Shown: positions 1 through 3,487 of the stretch, piece by piece | How positions within the stretch are numbered: the stretch's first letter is position 1 | Layout of the letters: each line of letters opens with the position of its first letter | NCBI RefSeq assembly: GCF_003334335.1 | Contig: NZ_QOWQ01000084.1 | Length of the DNA: 3,487 bases | Strand: one strand, 5' to 3' | Origin: Escherichia coli | GTDB lineage: Bacteria > Pseudomonadota > Gammaproteobacteria > Enterobacterales > Enterobacteriaceae | Made by a program: the position numbers and the translations under genes | The notes under the pieces: model-generated | What the model saw: the letters and a program-made list of their open reading frames with translations, nothing else | Told to the model about the DNA's origin: nothing | Database searches by the model: none

Positions 1-977
1 GTCAGAAATATACGGCCGGCAAGGTGTGGAGCTGAGCCGTTCACTGCTGTCGGGCTGGGTGGATGCATGCTGCCGGCAGTTGTCTCCGCTGGAAGAGGCG
101 CTTCATGGCTATGTGCTGACTGACGGTAAGCTCCATGCTGATGACACGCCTATCCCGGTGCTGTTGCCAGGCAATAAGAAAACGAAGACCGGGCGGTTAT
201 GGACCTACGTTCGTGACGACCGTAACGCCGGGTCAACGCTGGCGCCGGCGGTGTGGTTCGCTTACAGCCCGGACAGAAAAGGCATCCATCCGCAGACCCA
301 TCTTGCGGGGTTCAGTGGTGTACTGCAGGCGGATGCATACGCCGGGTTCAACGAGCTGTACCGGGATGGCCGGATAACGGAAGCCGCCTGTTGGGCTCAC
401 GCCCGCCGTAAAATCCACGATGTGCACGTTCGCACCCCGTCAGCCCTGACGGAGGAAGCGCTGAAACGGATCGGCGAACTGTACGCCATCGAGGCAGAGA
501 TAAGGGGAATGACGGCGGAGCAGCGCCTTGCCGAACGTCAGTTGAAAACGAAACCGCTGCTGAAATCCCTGGAAAGCTGGCTGCGTGAAAAGATGAAAAC
601 CCTGTCGCGACACTCAGAACTGGCGAAAGCGTTCGCATACGCCCTGAACCAGTGGCCGGCGCTGACGTACTATGCAGATGATGGCTGGGCTGAGACGGAC
701 AATAACATCGCTGAAAATGCGTTGCGGATGGTCAGTCTGGGCCGCAAAAACTACCTGTTCTTCGGTTCGGATCATGGAGGAGAGCGGGGAGCGCTGCTGT
801 ACAGCCTGATCGGGACGTGCAAACTGAACGGAGTGGAGCCAGAAAGCTACCTCCGCTATGTCCTTGACGTCATAGCCGACTGGCCGATAAACCGGGTCGG
901 CGAACTGCTCCCCTGGCGCGTAGCACTGCCGACTGAATAACACATCCCCGTCAATACGGTTCTTGCTGCACGCTTAC
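1..977 (+). mobile_element. IS66-family insertion sequence, right (3') end; inferred terminus near 977
   Basis: Transposase gene ends at 940. The minus-strand reading of 962-977 is 5'-GTAAGCGTGCAGCAAG, and IS66-family ends are recalled to begin 5'-GTAAGCG. The flanking minus-strand gene appears interrupted exactly here. The boundary is inferred and could be off by a few bp. Confidence 0.65.
2..940 (+). CDS. IS66-family transposase, C-terminal portion (5' end outside the window)
   Basis: Reading frame is open from position 2 with no upstream stop, so the gene is truncated by the window edge; stop TAA at 938-940. The C-terminal sequence ...[52 protein letters not shown]...ELLPW matches the conserved C-terminal signature I recall for IS66-family transposases. 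The ORF track's GTG at 26 is probably not the real start. Confidence 0.88.
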   Translation, partial: SEIYGRQGVELSRSLLSGWVDACCRQLSPLEEALHGYVLTDGKLHADDTPIPVLLPGNKKTKTGRLWTYVRDDRNAGSTLAPAVWFAYSPDRKGIHPQTHLAGFSGVLQADAYAGFNELYRDGRITEAACWAHARRKIHDVHVRTPSALTEEALKRIGELYAIEAEIRGMTAEQRLAERQLKTKPLLKSLESWLREKMKTLSRHSELAKAFAYALNQWPALTYYADDGWAETDNNIAENALRMVSLGRKNYLFFGSDHGGERGALLYSLIGTCKLNGVEPESYLRYVLDVIADWPINRVGELLPWRVALPTE

Positions 978-1164
978 CCTTCTGTTGCTCACTCAGGGCA
1001 TGTAAATCATGCTCAAACCACGCCCCCTGAGCATCTGTCTGCAGAATCAACCGGCCATGACAGGAAAGGCAGAAACAATGCCGGATATTTCTGCTGAGCG
1101 CAGAGTCGGCACTGATAATGTGCTCACCCGGCGTGATCCCCAGCCCCGTTTTTATACCGTTCAT
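978..1164 (-). pseudogene. N-terminal fragment (~62 codons) of a second zinc-ribbon protein, paralogous to the 1161-1544 gene, apparently disrupted by the IS66 insertion
   Basis: ATG at 1164-1162 overlaps the TGA of the upstream gene (ATGA coupling). The product MNGIKTGLGITPGEHIISADSALSRNIRHCFCLSCHGRLILQTDAQGAWFEHDLHALSEQQK shares a C-x2-C-(14-15 residues)-WFEH motif with the upstream protein. The computed ORF (856-1164) continues into IS66 sequence, which is taken to be a fortuitous read-through. Confidence 0.45.
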
Positions 1165-1544
1165 TCTGCTACCCCCTCCTCACTGAAACGCCCGGTCTGG
1201 CAGTGTGTGCAGTACTGCTCCCCATAATAATCGTGGTGACATTGCCTGCAGTACCAGCTGGCTTTACGTACCACGGGTAAGGCATCCGGGACGAATTGCT
1301 GCAGACGTTTAATCAACCGTATTTCTCTGCGTTCCGGCCTGACATAAGGACATTGCTGCGCGTGCTCCGTCAGCCCGTCGTCAGTGTGTTCAAACCAGGG
1401 CCGTTCGGTGTCGTATTGCGGGTGGTATCTGAGTGCACTGCCGCAAAGGTGGCAGGTGTAGTGGGCATAAGGAGCAGTCTGTGCGGTACGGGCACCGATC
1501 AGACGTCCGTTGCCATCAAGTGCGAGAAAAGATTTTGCGTACAT
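1161..1544 (-). CDS. Small double zinc-ribbon protein (127 aa) with CoiA-N-terminal-like CxxC...WFEH motif
   Basis: ATG at 1544 with GAGGA about 10 nt upstream on the minus strand. N-terminal module YAKSFLALDGNGRLIGA...CHLCGSALRYHPQYDTERPWFEH resembles the N-terminal zinc ribbon of CoiA-like proteins (CPxC...HFAH). C-terminal module CRQCHHDYYGEQYCTHC is a second CxxC-x9-CxxC knuckle pair. No nuclease domain is present. Confidence 0.6.
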   Translation of the reverse strand: MYAKSFLALDGNGRLIGARTAQTAPYAHYTCHLCGSALRYHPQYDTERPWFEHTDDGLTEHAQQCPYVRPERREIRLIKRLQQFVPDALPVVRKASWYCRQCHHDYYGEQYCTHCQTGRFSEEGVAE

Positions 1545-1710
1545 AGTATATGTTCCTCTGCGCCAGACGACACGCAGGCAACAGCCGTCCCGGTACGGGC
1601 AGCGTGGTCAGGTGTGAATGGCGGTTTTCAGTTCAGTCTCAGAAGGGAAAATCAGTGTGGTCGCTGTGAACACGTCATCACACTAAGGTCAGATAAGTCG
1701 TCTGTCGGGC

Positions 1711-2280
1711 TCAGCCACGACTGCAGCCAAAATTGCGCTCACCGGTGCCGTAAGCTTTGGTACTCTCCTTCGCCAGATAGTCAGCACGCTCCAGCACCTG
1801 CTGAAAGCCGGTGTCATCATCGCGTTCCAGCCACACCGCCGGCCTGACCGGAAAATGTGCCAGCGTGTCATAACGTCCGGCATCCACTCCCAGGGCACTG
1901 CACCACGCCTGTTTAATCATCCCGGCCAGTGATCCCGGAGCGCGGTAATCGCCGGCACGACACCAGGTATCCCGGTTGACCAGCAGCATCAGGTGATAGT
2001 GTTTTTTACCTTTGCACTCCCCAAACTCCCGGGCCCAGACGTAATGCAGGGTTGTGGGATGCACGCGTTTACCTTCCCGATGCTTACGTTTCTGGTAAGC
2101 GTCGATTCGGGCTTTCAGGGCATTGATGAAGCGGGATATCACAGCTGCGTCCGTTGCTGCCGGTACATCCGGGAGACGCAGGTCAACCCGCAATGCCGTC
2201 AGGCGGGGATGAACATTCAGTGCGTGCCGCACCGTCTCACGAATACGTTGCTGCCAGAAGGGGTTGTATTTGTAGGTCAT
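1711..2280 (-). CDS. HUH-motif rolling-circle Rep-like protein, YagK/YfjJ (Inovirus Gp2-like) family (189 aa)
   Basis: ATG at 2280 preceded by GGAGAT (revcomp of 2287-2292); stop TGA at 1711-1713. Product starts MTYKYNPFWQQRIRETVRHALNVHPRLTALRVDLRLPD, as I recall for YagK/YfjJ cryptic-prophage proteins. It contains HYHLMLL (HUH motif 2) and ADYLAKESTKAY (YxxK-type motif 3). The track's extension to 2316 lacks an ATG or RBS and covers the hairpin, so 2280 is the preferred start. Confidence 0.7.
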   Translation of the reverse strand: MTYKYNPFWQQRIRETVRHALNVHPRLTALRVDLRLPDVPAATDAAVISRFINALKARIDAYQKRKHREGKRVHPTTLHYVWAREFGECKGKKHYHLMLLVNRDTWCRAGDYRAPGSLAGMIKQAWCSALGVDAGRYDTLAHFPVRPAVWLERDDDTGFQQVLERADYLAKESTKAYGTGERNFGCSRG

Positions 2281-2289
2281 GGTTAAATC

Positions 2290-2308
2290 TCCGTATGGTT
2301 CATACGGA
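2290..2308 (-). promoter_or_regulatory. Perfect 8-bp inverted repeat (TCCGTATG-GTT-CATACGGA) overlapping the Shine-Dalgarno of the HUH-protein gene
   Basis: Read directly from the sequence. The 3' arm on the minus-strand mRNA contributes the GGA of the GGAG ribosome-binding site, 7-10 nt upstream of ATG 2280. Confidence 0.35.
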
Positions 2309-2412
2309 ATAACCACGTCGTAAAAAATGCGCAGAACCCCTGAGGTGACCTCCGGCAGGACACTGTCTCAGGCACTCTGTGATAACCCGAACGGTCATCG
2401 CCGGACTGACGA

Positions 2413-2441
2413 TTGAATTCCCGGCGTTGTTTTTTTAATGT
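2413..2441 (+). promoter_or_regulatory. Candidate sigma70 promoter for the small zinc-ribbon membrane protein gene
   Basis: TTGAAT (2413-2418), 17-bp spacer, TAATGT (2436-2441). Sits in an AT-rich tract with T7/A6 dyad symmetry, about 40 bp upstream of the SD. Confidence 0.3.
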
Positions 2442-2481
2442 AAAAAACAGGTTACGGATAAGGCGTGGAGAGGGAGCGATC

Positions 2482-2676
2482 GTGATATGCAAAAAGAAGT
2501 GCAGGGACTGTGGTAACGCAATTACTCATAATACAGTATGTTGCCCGTATTGTGGCGCTGTCGACCCCTTCGGTTATTACCGGAAGACCGATCGTCTGCT
2601 CTGTTTACTGACGTTACTGCTGCTGCTGATTCTGGTTACCGTTTCAGGCGTCAGTGTATTTGTACTGTTGCAGTAG
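2482..2676 (+). CDS. Small zinc-ribbon protein with C-terminal transmembrane helix (64 aa, GTG start)
   Basis: GTG at 2482 lies 5 nt after GGAGAGGGAG (2467-2476). Product MICKKKCRDCGNAITHNTVCCPYCGAVDPFGYYRKTDRLLCLLTLLLLLILVTVSGVSVFVLLQ has a CxxC-x10-CPYC zinc ribbon followed by a roughly 25-residue hydrophobic segment. Stop TAG at 2674-2676. The track's TTG at 2413 coincides with the predicted -35 box and is unlikely to be the start. Confidence 0.5.
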   Translation: MICKKKCRDCGNAITHNTVCCPYCGAVDPFGYYRKTDRLLCLLTLLLLLILVTVSGVSVFVLLQ

Positions 2677-2702
2677 GTTACAGGGGAGGGATTATCAGGA
2701 AT

Positions 2703-2736
2703 CGGCGGGGCAGAGCGACCCGCTGCGTTTGTTGTG
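2703..2736 (+). terminator. Candidate intrinsic terminator downstream of the small zinc-ribbon gene
   Basis: 7-bp GC-rich stem (2703-2709 pairing with 2719-2725, one G-U pair), 9-nt loop, then a T-rich but interrupted tail CGTTTGTTGTG. Confidence 0.3.
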
Positions 2737-2792
2737 CCAGACAGTAACGCACCGGCTCCCTGCAAAATGGTACCTGAATCAATCACAGTCAG

Positions 2793-2829
2793 GTATTCCG
2801 CCAATCCGTGATCGAATCGAGCGGAATAC
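2793..2829. repeat. Perfect 9-bp inverted repeat GTATTCCGC / GCGGAATAC with a 19-bp spacer containing a tandem ATCGA-ATCGA and a GATC site
   Basis: Read directly: 2793-2801 is the reverse complement of 2821-2829. Spacer is CAATCCGTGATCGAATCGA. Confidence 0.5.
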
Positions 2830-3220
2830 TCAGCCCCGACAAATACGAGTCCCCTTCAGAAGATACAGGCCGGTAATGCCTGAACGCCTGCCCCTCTGTA
2901 CACCATTCCCTTTTGATTTCGAATTCTTTGTTGCCGTTATACTGCTTAATGTTCCCGATCTTCCGGTGCACAGATAACACCGGAGTCATCGTAGCGCGGA
3001 TTCAAGATTCAGGTGACATATTTCCAGACGGAAGCCGGCACGCGATCGTAAAGTTTGTTCATTGTCAGTTCTGCCAGCCGGTGATCGACCGCAGAGTTAA
3101 AGGCTTCCAGCTCCGCAGGGGTAAGTTTATAACGTGTGTGGGAAATCACTTTTTCCAGCGTCTCCCGGGATGAACAACGACGGAACTGCTCTGGTTTTAA
3201 CTTCCATTCGTCTCTCGTTA

Positions 3221-3487
<267 letters not shown>

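Noticed and set aside
135-943. Computed ORFs inside the IS66 transposase region (135-377 plus strand; 233-427, 348-638 and 614-943 minus strand)
   Set aside because: They lie in alternative or antisense frames of a well-supported transposase gene and have Arg/Cys/Pro-rich composition typical of GC-rich antisense frames.
856-977. The portion of the minus-strand ORF 856-1164 that extends into the IS
   Set aside because: This stretch is IS66 sequence antisense to the transposase C-terminus. Its reading frame continuity with the zinc-ribbon fragment is considered fortuitous.
1009-1227. Plus-strand ORF of 72 aa
   Set aside because: Antisense to the zinc-ribbon gene fragment, with no RBS and low-complexity composition.
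1296-1898. Plus-strand ORF 1296-1847 (183 aa) and minus-strand ORF 1689-1898
   Set aside because: They overlap the better-supported minus-strand genes, lack an ATG plus SD start, and are Arg/Ser/Cys-rich in a way typical of spurious frames.
2281-2316. N-terminal extension of the HUH-protein ORF to 2316 (MVIPYEPYGDLT...)
   Set aside because: The extension covers the hairpin and RBS. The ATG at 2280 has a proper GGAG at the right spacing, so the shorter start is preferred.
1993-2492. ORFs 1993-2286 (plus strand) and 2283-2492 (minus strand)
   Set aside because: The first is antisense within the HUH-protein gene. The second spans the divergent promoter region and is antisense to the small zinc-ribbon gene start. 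Neither has a credible start context.
2910-2930. TTCGAAT-containing segment considered as a possible tRNA T-loop or island attachment site
   Set aside because: It is part of a GAATTC palindrome. No GGTTCGAATCC-type T-arm, acceptor stem or cloverleaf could be built, so there is no tRNA in the window.
2538-2977. ORFs 2538-2747 (plus), 2577-2804 (minus) and 2654-2977 (plus)
   Set aside because: Mutually overlapping, with no ATG plus RBS starts and Arg/Cys-rich or low-complexity translations.
2789-2989. Minus-strand ORF of 66 aa starting at ATG 2989
   Set aside because: No Shine-Dalgarno upstream, and the palindrome and hairpin elements lie inside it. It is kept only as part of the possible non-coding or degenerate region.

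Overview
This 3.5 kb window looks like accessory (mobile-island) DNA. Positions 1-977 are the 3' end of an IS66-family insertion sequence, carrying the C-terminal ~300 codons of its transposase, which runs off the window's left edge. The IS appears to have inserted into the last gene of a minus-strand gene string. That string, read 5' to 3' on the minus strand, is: (i) a 189-aa protein with rolling-circle Rep-like HUH motifs (HYHLMLL and a downstream YLAK), recalled as YagK/YfjJ (Inovirus Gp2-like) family (1711-2280); (ii) a 127-aa double zinc-ribbon protein with a CoiA-N-terminal-like CxxC...WFEH motif (1161-1544); (iii) a paralogous zinc-ribbon gene fragment coupled to it by an ATGA overlap and apparently cut by the IS (978-1164). 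Divergent from this string is a 64-aa zinc-ribbon protein with a C-terminal transmembrane helix (2482-2676), with a plausible sigma70 promoter and a hairpin terminator. The final ~800 bp (2677-3482) have no convincing ORF but hold several perfect inverted repeats and what may be a degenerate small ORF. All family assignments are from motif recognition by eye; no searches were run. The candidate system worth follow-up is the HUH-nickase plus zinc-ribbon gene cluster with its divergent membrane zinc-ribbon gene.
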